Assembly: GCF_042651185.1 (NCBI RefSeq)
Contig: NZ_JBHSCL010000002.1
Span: forward strand, 1 to 32,000
Source of the DNA: Flagellimonas marina
GTDB lineage: Bacteria; Bacteroidota; Bacteroidia; Flavobacteriales; Flavobacteriaceae
Direction of reading: 5' to 3'
DNA length: 32,000 bases
The translations under genes and the position numbers were made by a program. A model generated the notes under the pieces. It ran no database searches. It saw only the letters and a list, made by a program, of their open reading frames with translations, and was not told the origin of the DNA. Shown piece after piece: positions 16,812 through 24,416 of this stretch; the stretch's first letter is position 1; each line of letters begins with the position of its first letter.

Positions 16812-18008
16812 ATGGGAAAAAAAGACAGCTTGGTCAGTAAAGGCCGTTACGAACTTAGGTATAGGGGCGATCAGTGTTTAAACTGCGGGCACCCTTTGGA
16901 TACCAGTGACAAATATTGCCCAAGTTGCTCACAGGCCAACAGTACCAAAAAGCTGTCTTTGAAAGATTTTGTGGATGAGTTTTTTTCAGGTTTAATCAAT
17001 TATGACTCCAAGCTTTTAAAAACCTTGTCCGTTTTATTGGTCAGGCCAGGGACTATTACCAAGGATTATATTAATGGCAAACGGGTTACATATACCAATC
17101 CATTTCGGTTTTTATTGAGTTTGGCGTTCCTTTATTTCCTTATGGTAACCTTCAACAACCGCTTTACCGGATTAGATCGGGCCGCCTCCAGATTTGATAG
17201 AAATATTTCCATGGGATCACCGATAATGTATGATGCCAATTCAGATTCGTTTTCATCGGACAGTACTGAATTTAAAAAACGTACTTCGGAAGTCTTAGCG
17301 CACTTGGACCCGGCAGATGCCAATACCCCAGAAGTCAAGAAAGGCGTGAGCATTCTGGATTCCCTTATAGTGGCCACAAACTTAAAAAAAGTGAATAGGG
17401 ATTCACTCATGGCCACCGACCCCTCGGGATACTTTAAAAGTTTGGAGGAGGAAAATTCCGGCATAAACAGATTTTCGTCAAAAATGGAATTTTTTGGCCG
17501 GATGATTCAAGTGGATACCCTATATAGTTTTCAACATGCACAGGAGAAATATAACATTCCTAGCAGCCTTTCCAATAAAATGGCATTTCAGGTTTCCAAT
17601 AGCTTTTTACGGATAATGGATCATCCCAGCGATTTCATAAACTCAACCATCTCAAAGCTGCCTTTTGTCATCTTCCTGTTTTTACCTGTGTTCGCCATCT
17701 TCATTTGGTTGGTCTACATCAGAAAAAAATATACCTACACCGATCATCTTATTTTTAGCTTTCACAACCAATCGTTATTATTTATCTTGCTCATCCTTAG
17801 CTTGGTAATAGATGCGATTTTTAAGGTGTCAAGTGCAGCTATATTTATCACTATATTTAGTGTATACCTGTTTTTGGCCATGAAGAAGTTTTACGGGCAG
17901 GGAACGTTCAAAACGATTGTTAAATATCTCTTTCTGAACACTATATTTACCTTTTTGGCAGTATTTACGGTAATCATGTTGTTTACAGGAAGTGTTTTTA
18001 CCTATTAG
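16812..18008 (+). CDS. DUF3667-like membrane protein with N-terminal zinc ribbon
   Basis: CLNCGH..x11..CPSCSQ zinc ribbon, then LLVRPGTITKDYINGKRVTYTNPFRF and several TM helices. A hydrophilic insert of roughly 170 aa sits between the first and later TM helices. Confidence 0.65.
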   Translation: MGKKDSLVSKGRYELRYRGDQCLNCGHPLDTSDKYCPSCSQANSTKKLSLKDFVDEFFSGLINYDSKLLKTLSVLLVRPGTITKDYINGKRVTYTNPFRFLLSLAFLYFLMVTFNNRFTGLDRAASRFDRNISMGSPIMYDANSDSFSSDSTEFKKRTSEVLAHLDPADANTPEVKKGVSILDSLIVATNLKKVNRDSLMATDPSGYFKSLEEENSGINRFSSKMEFFGRMIQVDTLYSFQHAQEKYNIPSSLSNKMAFQVSNSFLRIMDHPSDFINSTISKLPFVIFLFLPVFAIFIWLVYIRKKYTYTDHLIFSFHNQSLLFILLILSLVIDAIFKVSSAAIFITIFSVYLFLAMKKFYGQGTFKTIVKYLFLNTIFTFLAVFTVIMLFTGSVFTY

Positions 18009-18011
18009 CTT

Positions 18012-18398
18012 ATGTTCACTCAAGTCACAAAAGGAATTAAAGTATCGGTGGAGACCACCTTTGAAGGCACATTTTTTAAGAATTACAAAATGCACTACGC
18101 CTTTGGATATACCATTACCATTGAAAACTTGAGCAAGGATGTTGTTCAGCTTACCGCTAGGCATTGGGACATCTTTGATGCCCTCAAAGACATTGAAACC
18201 ATTGATGGTGAAGGCGTAATCGGCAGAAAACCGGTCATTAAGCCAGGCAAATCACACACCTATAGTTCCGGGTGTTTACTCGCTTCCCCCATTGGTGCCA
18301 TGCACGGGTATTACCATATGGTGAACTTGGCCACTACAGAAGAATTTGAAGTGGAGATTCCCGCTTTCAAATTTGCCGCCCCTTTCGCCATAAACTAA
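18012..18398 (+). CDS. apaG: ApaG domain protein
   Basis: 128 aa with ..GIKVSVET..YAFGYTITIENLS...VQLTARHWDI.D......GEGVIGRKPVIKPG.SHTYSSG..L..P.G.M.G.Y.M, the classic ApaG pattern. Confidence 0.85.
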   Translation: MFTQVTKGIKVSVETTFEGTFFKNYKMHYAFGYTITIENLSKDVVQLTARHWDIFDALKDIETIDGEGVIGRKPVIKPGKSHTYSSGCLLASPIGAMHGYYHMVNLATTEEFEVEIPAFKFAAPFAIN

Positions 18399-18432
18399 AT
18401 CCATATCATTTTCTATTCGGCCTTTGTTTCCT

Positions 18433-18440
18433 TACCTTTG
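18433..18440 (+). promoter_or_regulatory. -7 box TACCTTTG for pruA
   Basis: Exact TAnnTTTG, 34 nt upstream of ATG 18475. Confidence 0.45.
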
Positions 18441-18474
18441 ATGGAATTTTTAACATCAAAAAAAGCGCATCTAT

Positions 18475-20103
18475 ATGGGAAAAGGTTTTTTTCAAGTTCC
18501 AACTGCATATAACGAACCCGTAAAAAGTTATGCCCCCGGCACTCCAGAACGTGAAGAAGTACTGAATCAGTACAACGCCTATTACAATGGACAGGTAGAA
18601 GTTCCACTTTACATCGGTTCCAAAGAAATCAAAACAGGAAACACCAAACCTATGTCTCCTCCACACGAACACAAACATGTGGTAGGGCAGTATCAATTAG
18701 CTGAGAAAAAGCATGTTGAAGAAGCCATTTCCAGTTGTTTGGGAGCTAGGGAAGCTTGGGCCAATTTAACTTGGGAACAACGGGCTGCTGTTTTTATGAA
18801 AGCCGCGGAACTTATTGCAGGTCCATACAGAGCAAAAATAAATGCCGCCACCATGATGGCGCAGTCCAAGACCATCCATCAGGCGGAAATTGATGCAGCC
18901 TGTGAACTTATCGATTTTTTGAGGTTCAATGTGGAGTACATGTCACAAATCTATGCGGAGCAACCCGAATCTTCAGAAGGCATCTGGAATCGCGTGGAAT
19001 ACAGGCCGCTGGAAGGTTTTACCTATGCAATTACACCATTCAACTTTACCGCCATAGCGGGTAACTTGCCATCTTGCATGGCCATGATGGGCAATGTAGT
19101 GATTTGGAAACCCAGCGATAGTCAGGTCTACTCCGCCAAGGTAATCATGGATGTCTTCAAAGAAGCCGGATTGCCCGATGGTGTAATCAATATGATCACG
19201 GGTGACCCTGCAATGATTTCTGATGTGATTCTTGCCAGCCCAGATTTTGCAGGATTGCATTTTACAGGTTCCACTTTTGTATTCAAGGAACTTTGGAAAC
19301 AAATCGGAAACAATATCCACAATTACAAAACCTATCCAAGAATTGTTGGGGAAACCGGTGGTAAAGATTTTATTATCGCCCATCCTACCGCTAAACCAAA
19401 ACAAGTATCCACCGCCATCGTTAGGGGTGCATTTGAGCTGCAAGGACAAAAGTGTAGTGCTGCTTCGCGGGTATACCTGCCAAAGTCCACAGCCCATGAA
19501 ATTTTGGATTTTGTGAAAGCTGATTTGGCATCCTTCAACAAGCCCGGTTCTCCTGCGGATATGAGCAACTTTATTACCGCGGTGATTCATGAAGGCTCTT
19601 TTGATAAATTGGCCAAATACATTGACCAAGCCAAAAAAGATGATAATGCGGAAATTATTGCTGGTGGCAATTATGACAAATCCGTAGGCTATTTTGTGGA
19701 ACCCACGGTTATTTTAACCACCGACCCAAAATACACTACCATGTGCACCGAACTTTTCGGTCCCGTGGTTACCATATATATTTATGACGATAAGGATTGG
19801 GCCGACACCTTAAAATTGGTGGATGGCACTTCCGAATATGGATTGACCGGCGCTGTGCTTTCCGCAGACCGTTATGCCATTGACGAAGCCACCAAAGCAT
19901 TGCAAAACTGTGCCGGTAACTTCTATATCAATGACAAGCCTACTGGAGCCGTTGTAGGCCAACAGCCTTTTGGTGGTGCAAGAGCATCAGGAACAAATGA
20001 CAAGGCCGGTTCCGCACAAAACTTGTTGCGATGGGTTTCTCCAAGATTGATAAAGGAAACCTTTGTAACCCCTGAAGATTATAGATATCCATTCCTGGGA
20101 TAA
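18475..20103 (+). CDS. pruA: L-glutamate gamma-semialdehyde (1-pyrroline-5-carboxylate) dehydrogenase
   Basis: 542 aa aldehyde dehydrogenase (ITPFNF, VGETGGKDF, GQKCSAASR catalytic Cys). Length and N-terminal region fit the stand-alone P5C dehydrogenase type. Confidence 0.9.
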   Translation: MGKGFFQVPTAYNEPVKSYAPGTPEREEVLNQYNAYYNGQVEVPLYIGSKEIKTGNTKPMSPPHEHKHVVGQYQLAEKKHVEEAISSCLGAREAWANLTWEQRAAVFMKAAELIAGPYRAKINAATMMAQSKTIHQAEIDAACELIDFLRFNVEYMSQIYAEQPESSEGIWNRVEYRPLEGFTYAITPFNFTAIAGNLPSCMAMMGNVVIWKPSDSQVYSAKVIMDVFKEAGLPDGVINMITGDPAMISDVILASPDFAGLHFTGSTFVFKELWKQIGNNIHNYKTYPRIVGETGGKDFIIAHPTAKPKQVSTAIVRGAFELQGQKCSAASRVYLPKSTAHEILDFVKADLASFNKPGSPADMSNFITAVIHEGSFDKLAKYIDQAKKDDNAEIIAGGNYDKSVGYFVEPTVILTTDPKYTTMCTELFGPVVTIYIYDDKDWADTLKLVDGTSEYGLTGAVLSADRYAIDEATKALQNCAGNFYINDKPTGAVVGQQPFGGARASGTNDKAGSAQNLLRWVSPRLIKETFVTPEDYRYPFLG

Positions 20104-20125
20104 TTAAAAAAATTGACTTAAATAG

Positions 20126-20168
20126 ATAGCCGTTATGTCCAAAATTGAGGAGATAACGGCTATTTTTA
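20126..20168 (+). terminator. Rho-independent terminator after pruA
   Basis: 11-bp stem ATAGCCGTTAT/ATAACGGCTAT (20126-36 / 20153-63) with a 16-nt loop, followed by TTTTT. Confidence 0.6.
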
Positions 20169-20191
20169 TGTCCGACTAATATCTATTTCAA

Positions 20192-20956
20192 ATGTCTAGA
20201 CCTTACGTATTGGCTGAAACCAACTGGAAACACCTGAAAAATGAGTCCATTGAATTGGCCATATTGCCTTGGGCCGCCACCGAAGCTCACAATTATCACC
20301 TACCCTATTCCACCGACACCATAGAAGGAACGGCCATTGCCGAAGAGTCAGCCAAAATAGCTTGGGAACAAGGTGCAAAAGTTATGGTTCTGCCTACAAT
20401 TCCATTTGGGGTGAACACAGGTCAGTCTGACATTTATCTGGATATGAACCTAAATCCCAGCACACAACTGTCCATTTTAAAAGACCTAATAACAGTTTTG
20501 GATAGGCAAGGTGTCCATAAACTCATGATTCTGAATAGTCATGGCGGAAACAATTTTAAATCGATTATTCGCGAATTAAGCCTTCTTTTTTCCAACATGT
20601 TCATTTGCTTCACTTTCTGGCCGGCCATGTTAGATCGGAAACACTATTTTGATATCCCCGGAGACCATGCCGATGAAATGGAAACCAGTCTCCTTCTTCA
20701 TCTTGCCCCAGAATTGGTGTTGCCCAAAAAAGATTGGGGCAGTGGGGCCGAAAAAAAGAATAAAATCAAGGCATTTAGAGAAGGTTGGGCATGGACAGAG
20801 CGCCCATGGTCAAAAATTAGTGAAGATACTGGGGTTGGAGACCCAAGTATGGCCTCCAAAGAAAAAGGCGAACGATTCTTTAAGGCCGTTTGTGAAAAAA
20901 TGGGGCAATTGTTTATTGATATTGCCCAAGCGGATACCAATGACCTTTACGAATAA
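20192..20956 (+). CDS. Creatininase (creatinine amidohydrolase) family protein
   Basis: 254 aa with LPWAATEAHNYHLPYSTD, LNSHGGN and GDHADEMETS motifs of the creatininase/MftE-like family. Confidence 0.8.
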   Translation: MSRPYVLAETNWKHLKNESIELAILPWAATEAHNYHLPYSTDTIEGTAIAEESAKIAWEQGAKVMVLPTIPFGVNTGQSDIYLDMNLNPSTQLSILKDLITVLDRQGVHKLMILNSHGGNNFKSIIRELSLLFSNMFICFTFWPAMLDRKHYFDIPGDHADEMETSLLLHLAPELVLPKKDWGSGAEKKNKIKAFREGWAWTERPWSKISEDTGVGDPSMASKEKGERFFKAVCEKMGQLFIDIAQADTNDLYE

Positions 20957-20964
20957 GAATAGAA

Positions 20965-21924
20965 ATGTCTCAGCATCGTGTTTTTTTCATGGTTCCTCCC
21001 AAGGTTCAATTACTGGACATGACCGGTCCTGCGCATATTTTCTATGAAGCCAATGATTATGGAGTGCATATCCCCGCTCATTATCTTAGCTTGGGGACAT
21101 CAATCGAGGAAATTTCTGGTGCCGGAGTGCTACTGGGGAATTTAGAACCCTTCCACACCTATGAGCTGGGTCCTAATGACTTTCTTTTTATTCCCGGTTT
21201 AGAGTCAGATTTGATTAAAAAAAATGATTTCATTCAATCTATAGAGCCTTTTTTTGAATGGCTTCGAAAACAACATGCCAATGGTGCCAAAATTTGCTCC
21301 GTGTGCACAGGCGCCTATCTTTTGGCATTTGCCAACCTTTTTAATGAACGGGAATGTACCACCCATTGGAGGTACTTGGAAGATTTTCAAACCAAATTTC
21401 CCAAAACCAAAGTGCTCTCTGACAGGTTGATTGTTAAGGATGATAGTCTCTATTCCAGCGCGGGGGTTTCTTCCGGAATTGATTTGGCCATGTTCGTTTT
21501 GGAGGAACTTTATGGACCCGTATTGGTCACCAAAATTGCCAAAGAAGTGGTGATTTATTTGCGTCGTACCGAAAGTGACCCCCAACTCAGTGTTTTTCTA
21601 CAATACAGAAACCATATCGACACCCGAATCCATCAGGTTCAGGATATGTTGGCCCAAAACCTTAGTACCAAATCTACCATAGAAGAAGTAGCTGAAAGCG
21701 TATTTATGAGTTCCCGAAATCTCACACGGTTGTTCAAGAAAACTACTGGCATAACCATTGGTGAGTACGTGGAGAAGCTTCGGGTAGAAAGGGCCATACA
21801 AATGCTAACTTCTGGCTCAAAAGTAAGTGCTGCAGCTTCGGCCTGTGGATTACAAAGCCCAAATCAACTACGGTCACTTCTTAAAAAGCACACTACTTCT
21901 CTCCCTTCGGATTGGCGCGAATAA
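20965..21924 (+). CDS. GlxA-family transcriptional regulator (DJ-1/PfpI-like sensor domain plus AraC-type HTH)
   Basis: 319 aa. The N-terminal class-I glutamine amidotransferase-like/DJ-1 fold has a nucleophile-elbow CSVCTGAYLLA, and the C-terminal AraC HTH reads ..TIEEVAESVFMSSRNLTRLFKK.TG.TIGEYVEKLRVERA...L. Confidence 0.85.
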   Translation: MSQHRVFFMVPPKVQLLDMTGPAHIFYEANDYGVHIPAHYLSLGTSIEEISGAGVLLGNLEPFHTYELGPNDFLFIPGLESDLIKKNDFIQSIEPFFEWLRKQHANGAKICSVCTGAYLLAFANLFNERECTTHWRYLEDFQTKFPKTKVLSDRLIVKDDSLYSSAGVSSGIDLAMFVLEELYGPVLVTKIAKEVVIYLRRTESDPQLSVFLQYRNHIDTRIHQVQDMLAQNLSTKSTIEEVAESVFMSSRNLTRLFKKTTGITIGEYVEKLRVERAIQMLTSGSKVSAAASACGLQSPNQLRSLLKKHTTSLPSDWRE

Positions 21925-21951
21925 TTGTCCCAATACTGCGGATGATTGTCC
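21924..21951 (+). promoter_or_regulatory. Direct repeat ATTGTCC-N14-ATTGTCC (21-bp register), candidate AraC/GlxA operator
   Basis: GAATAATTGTCC (21919-30) and GGATGATTGTCC (21940-51) match at 10 of 12 positions, with starts 21 bp apart. They abut the -33 TTG of the downstream promoter. Confidence 0.35.
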
Positions 21952-21952
21952 T

Positions 21953-21982
21953 TTGGGCACTTTTCTTTAAGGTGTACTTTTG
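21953..21982 (+). promoter_or_regulatory. Bacteroidetes-type promoter TTG-N19-TACTTTTG for the secreted DJ-1 gene
   Basis: TTG at 21953-55 and TACTTTTG at 21975-82 with 19-nt spacing. ATG at 21999. Confidence 0.55.
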
Positions 21983-21998
21983 ACTAAATCATCAAAAA

Positions 21999-23036
21999 AT
22001 GAACAAGTCAATTTTTCTTTTAGCCACCTGCCTGGTCACTTTGTGTTCCTTGGCCCAAAACAGCATCCCAATGGAATCCACTTACATTTGCCCACCCTGT
22101 GGGGCCTCTTGTGATGAAACCGAGCACGATTCACCGGGCGTTTGCTCACATTGTAATATGGTGCTCATCAAAAAAAGTGATTTAAAAACCATTGCCTTTT
22201 ATCTACAGGACGGGGTTGAGGTGTTGGACTTTGCAGGGCCTATGGAGGTTTTTGCCTATGCTGGATACAAAGTTTTTACGGTCTCAGCTACCCAGCAACC
22301 CATAAAATCGCAAGGAATTCTAACCGTTACCCCAGATTACAGTGTGGATAATGCCCCTAACGCTGATATATTGGCTTTCTTTGGAGGCAATTCGGGTGCG
22401 GCCTCCCAGAACCCAAAGGTGATAGATTGGGTACAGCGGCAAAAGAACATACAATATCATTTTTCGGTCTGCACCGGAGCCTTTGTTTTGGCCGAAGCTG
22501 GAATTTTGAACGGACAGACAGCAACTACCTTTCACAATGCACTGGATGATTTAGAGAAGAACTATCCAAAAATCGATGTACGCAAAAATGTCCGCTTTGT
22601 GGACAATGGAAAGGTCATCACCACGGCGGGGATATCAGCCGGAATAGATGGTGCCCTTCACTTAGTGGCCAAACTTCAAGGGTTGAATGCCGCCAAACGG
22701 ACTGCCTACTACATGGAATATGACAATTGGAACTTGGGCAATGGATTAATTCTCTCTGACGACAACCCCTATTCCAAAAGGAAATCAGATGCTTTCTTCA
22801 AAAATTTCGAGGGCAGCTATAAATACAAGAACAACACGGAATTCAATCTAACCTTTAATGAGCGGGAGGGCAACCTAGAGGCAAAAATTAATGGTGTTTC
22901 CTACCCAGTTTATCACGAAAAAGATGATATTTTCTCCGATGTAAGAAACGAACCTGTATTCTTTCAAAGAAATGAAGCTGATGTTATTATTGGGTACAAG
23001 CTAAGCCAAGAAGGAGAGCTGTTTCAAAAATTATGA
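21999..23036 (+). CDS. Secreted DJ-1/PfpI family protein with N-terminal Cys-rich metal-binding-like module and extra C-terminal domain
   Basis: 345 aa. Signal peptide ..LCSLAQ, then YICPPCGASCDETEHDSPGVCSHCNMVL, which resembles the Y.CPMH..PG.CP.CGM.L heavy-metal-binding domain. The DJ-1 core has elbow FSVCTGAFVLAEAG. The C-terminal ~105 aa has an FEGSYKYK...L.F....L.A..NG..YPV.....DIF......VFF.R.....IIGYKL pattern. Confidence 0.75.
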   Translation: MNKSIFLLATCLVTLCSLAQNSIPMESTYICPPCGASCDETEHDSPGVCSHCNMVLIKKSDLKTIAFYLQDGVEVLDFAGPMEVFAYAGYKVFTVSATQQPIKSQGILTVTPDYSVDNAPNADILAFFGGNSGAASQNPKVIDWVQRQKNIQYHFSVCTGAFVLAEAGILNGQTATTFHNALDDLEKNYPKIDVRKNVRFVDNGKVITTAGISAGIDGALHLVAKLQGLNAAKRTAYYMEYDNWNLGNGLILSDDNPYSKRKSDAFFKNFEGSYKYKNNTEFNLTFNEREGNLEAKINGVSYPVYHEKDDIFSDVRNEPVFFQRNEADVIIGYKLSQEGELFQKL

Positions 23037-23279
23037 TGTTGAGAGAACCAATTCTCTTAACTTCTAATTTATTTTGCTTCTACCCTACATCCATGGTCAA
23101 AGTAACACCTATCCATGTCCACCATGTGCCTGGATTGCCATGATAAAGTATATGTAGAACTGGGAATATGTCTTGTTTGCAATATGAAGCCCATATCTGA
23201 TGAGCACATTGAATATGATAGCTATACCAAGGAAGATGTCCAATTTTCAGATGGTGACCTTAACCAATGGCAACCATAA
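23036..23279 (+). pseudogene. Frameshifted, truncated tandem paralogue of the 5' end of the preceding gene (or a 54-aa 4-Cys miniprotein, 23115-23279)
   Basis: Hand translation across three frames. Frame starting at 23036: MLREPILLTSNLF (compare MNKSIFLLATCLV), with ATG overlapping the upstream stop as TGATG. Frame starting at 23068: ..LLLPYIHGQSNTYPCPPC (compare ESTYICPPCG). Frame starting at 23115: (MSTM)CLDCHDKVYVELGICLVCNMKPI.. (compare SCDETEHDSPGVCSHCNMVLI). At least two frame changes are needed, and the DJ-1 core is absent. Confidence 0.45.
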
Positions 23280-23467
23280 TTTCCTAAATACAGCCACTGA
23301 ACCCACTACGACCTGCTTTCCTACATCAAACCATGGTTAATATAAATTGGAATTCACCAGTAAGACCATTCATTTCTTATTATTCTGATTCACAATAACT
23401 TACTGTACATCCCAAAGTTGTGAGACCATTATTTTTGCCACAAATGACTTAAAACATGCACTATTAA

Positions 23468-23506
23468 TGTAAATTTAACGTTAATTAATTGTAAACTAAA
23501 CGTAAT
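23468..23506. repeat. Imperfect direct repeat TGTAAATTTAACGTTAAT / TGTAAACTAAACGTAAT
   Basis: Two copies of about 17 nt (15 of 18 identical), 22 nt apart start to start, in an AT-rich non-coding gap. Confidence 0.6.
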
Positions 23507-23666
23507 CTGATTACTTTTATACATTAAAACCCATTTAAGATGAAAGAGCGAGTAAATGTTTGGGGGAAATTGGCCAAATGGTTGAACAGTAAGTGGCAGT
23601 ATGCCAAAACGTATTCCAGAAAGTGCAGAGGGGTTTACTATAGGGTATTGAACACCTAAATGTAAA

Positions 23667-24302
23667 TCAACCCCGAAACTTCTGGGGCAGGTAGACCACC
23701 TTTTTGGTCTCAAAGAAATCCTCCTGAAAATAGTCTTTTAAATCGAAGATTTGAACGGTTTTATAATCTTTCAACTCTTCCGAAAGGTCGCCGCCCTTAA
23801 GGTAAAAAATGCCATTTTTACGTTCATGGGCGGGGTCTTTTTTTATTTTTCCCCTTGTCCAGTGAACAAATGTGGGCATAGCTGCCACGGCGCGACTGAC
23901 AATAAAATCAAACTGCCCGTCTATATCTTCTACCCTCGAATGGATGGCCGTAACATTTTCCAATTGAAGTCCATCAATAACTTCCTGAACCACTTTTACT
24001 TTCTTCCCAATGGCGTCTACAAGAGTAAATTTTACCTCAGGAAAGATAATGGCCAACGGAATTCCGGGAAAACCGCCACCGGTACCTACATCAAGAATTT
24101 CGGACCCTTCATTGAATGCCTGAATCTTGGCTATACCCAACGAATGTAACACATGACGGAGGTAAAGCTCATCAATATCCTTTCGAGAAACCACATTTAT
24201 CTTTTGATTCCAATCCTTGTATAGTGACTCTAAATCCCTGAAATGCTGTTTTTGCACATCATTGAGCGTCGTAAAATAATTGAAGACCAAATCCGCATTC
24301 AT
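23667..24302 (-). CDS. rsmG: 16S rRNA (guanine527-N7)-methyltransferase
   Basis: 211 aa with ..NVVSRKDIDELYLRHVLHSL..ILDVGTGGGFPGIPLAI.FP., the RsmG/GidB signature. Confidence 0.9.
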   Translation of the reverse strand: MNADLVFNYFTTLNDVQKQHFRDLESLYKDWNQKINVVSRKDIDELYLRHVLHSLGIAKIQAFNEGSEILDVGTGGGFPGIPLAIIFPEVKFTLVDAIGKKVKVVQEVIDGLQLENVTAIHSRVEDIDGQFDFIVSRAVAAMPTFVHWTRGKIKKDPAHERKNGIFYLKGGDLSEELKDYKTVQIFDLKDYFQEDFFETKKVVYLPQKFRG

Positions 24303-24322
24303 CCTAAGGCTGTTAATTTTAG

Positions 24323-24330
24323 CAAAATTA
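24323..24330 (-). promoter_or_regulatory. -7 box TAATTTTG (minus strand) for rsmG
   Basis: Plus-strand CAAAATTA is the reverse complement of TAATTTTG, 20 nt upstream of ATG 24302. Confidence 0.45.
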
Positions 24331-24394
24331 ATACTTTTGAACAGGTTAACACCGTTCTAACAATATGATGAAATTCTAAAAGGTGGTTTTTGGC

Positions 24395-24402
24395 TACCTT
24401 TG
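24395..24402 (+). promoter_or_regulatory. -7 box TACCTTTG for the desaturase gene
   Basis: Exact TAnnTTTG, 14 nt upstream of ATG 24417. A second match, TACTTTTG, lies at 24332-39. Confidence 0.45.
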
Positions 24403-24416
24403 TAAAAATTTTTTTT

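Noticed and set aside
18973-19629. 218-aa ORF antisense to pruA (plus smaller ones at 18693-18875, 19128-19322 and 19332-19568)
   Set aside because: These are shadow ORFs within a highly conserved aldehyde dehydrogenase gene, with no recognisable motifs.
23429-23713. 94-aa minus-strand ORF reading out of the rsmG 3' end into the AT-rich gap
   Set aside because: It overlaps the end of rsmG in another frame and has no start context or motifs. The region is better described as non-coding or decayed.
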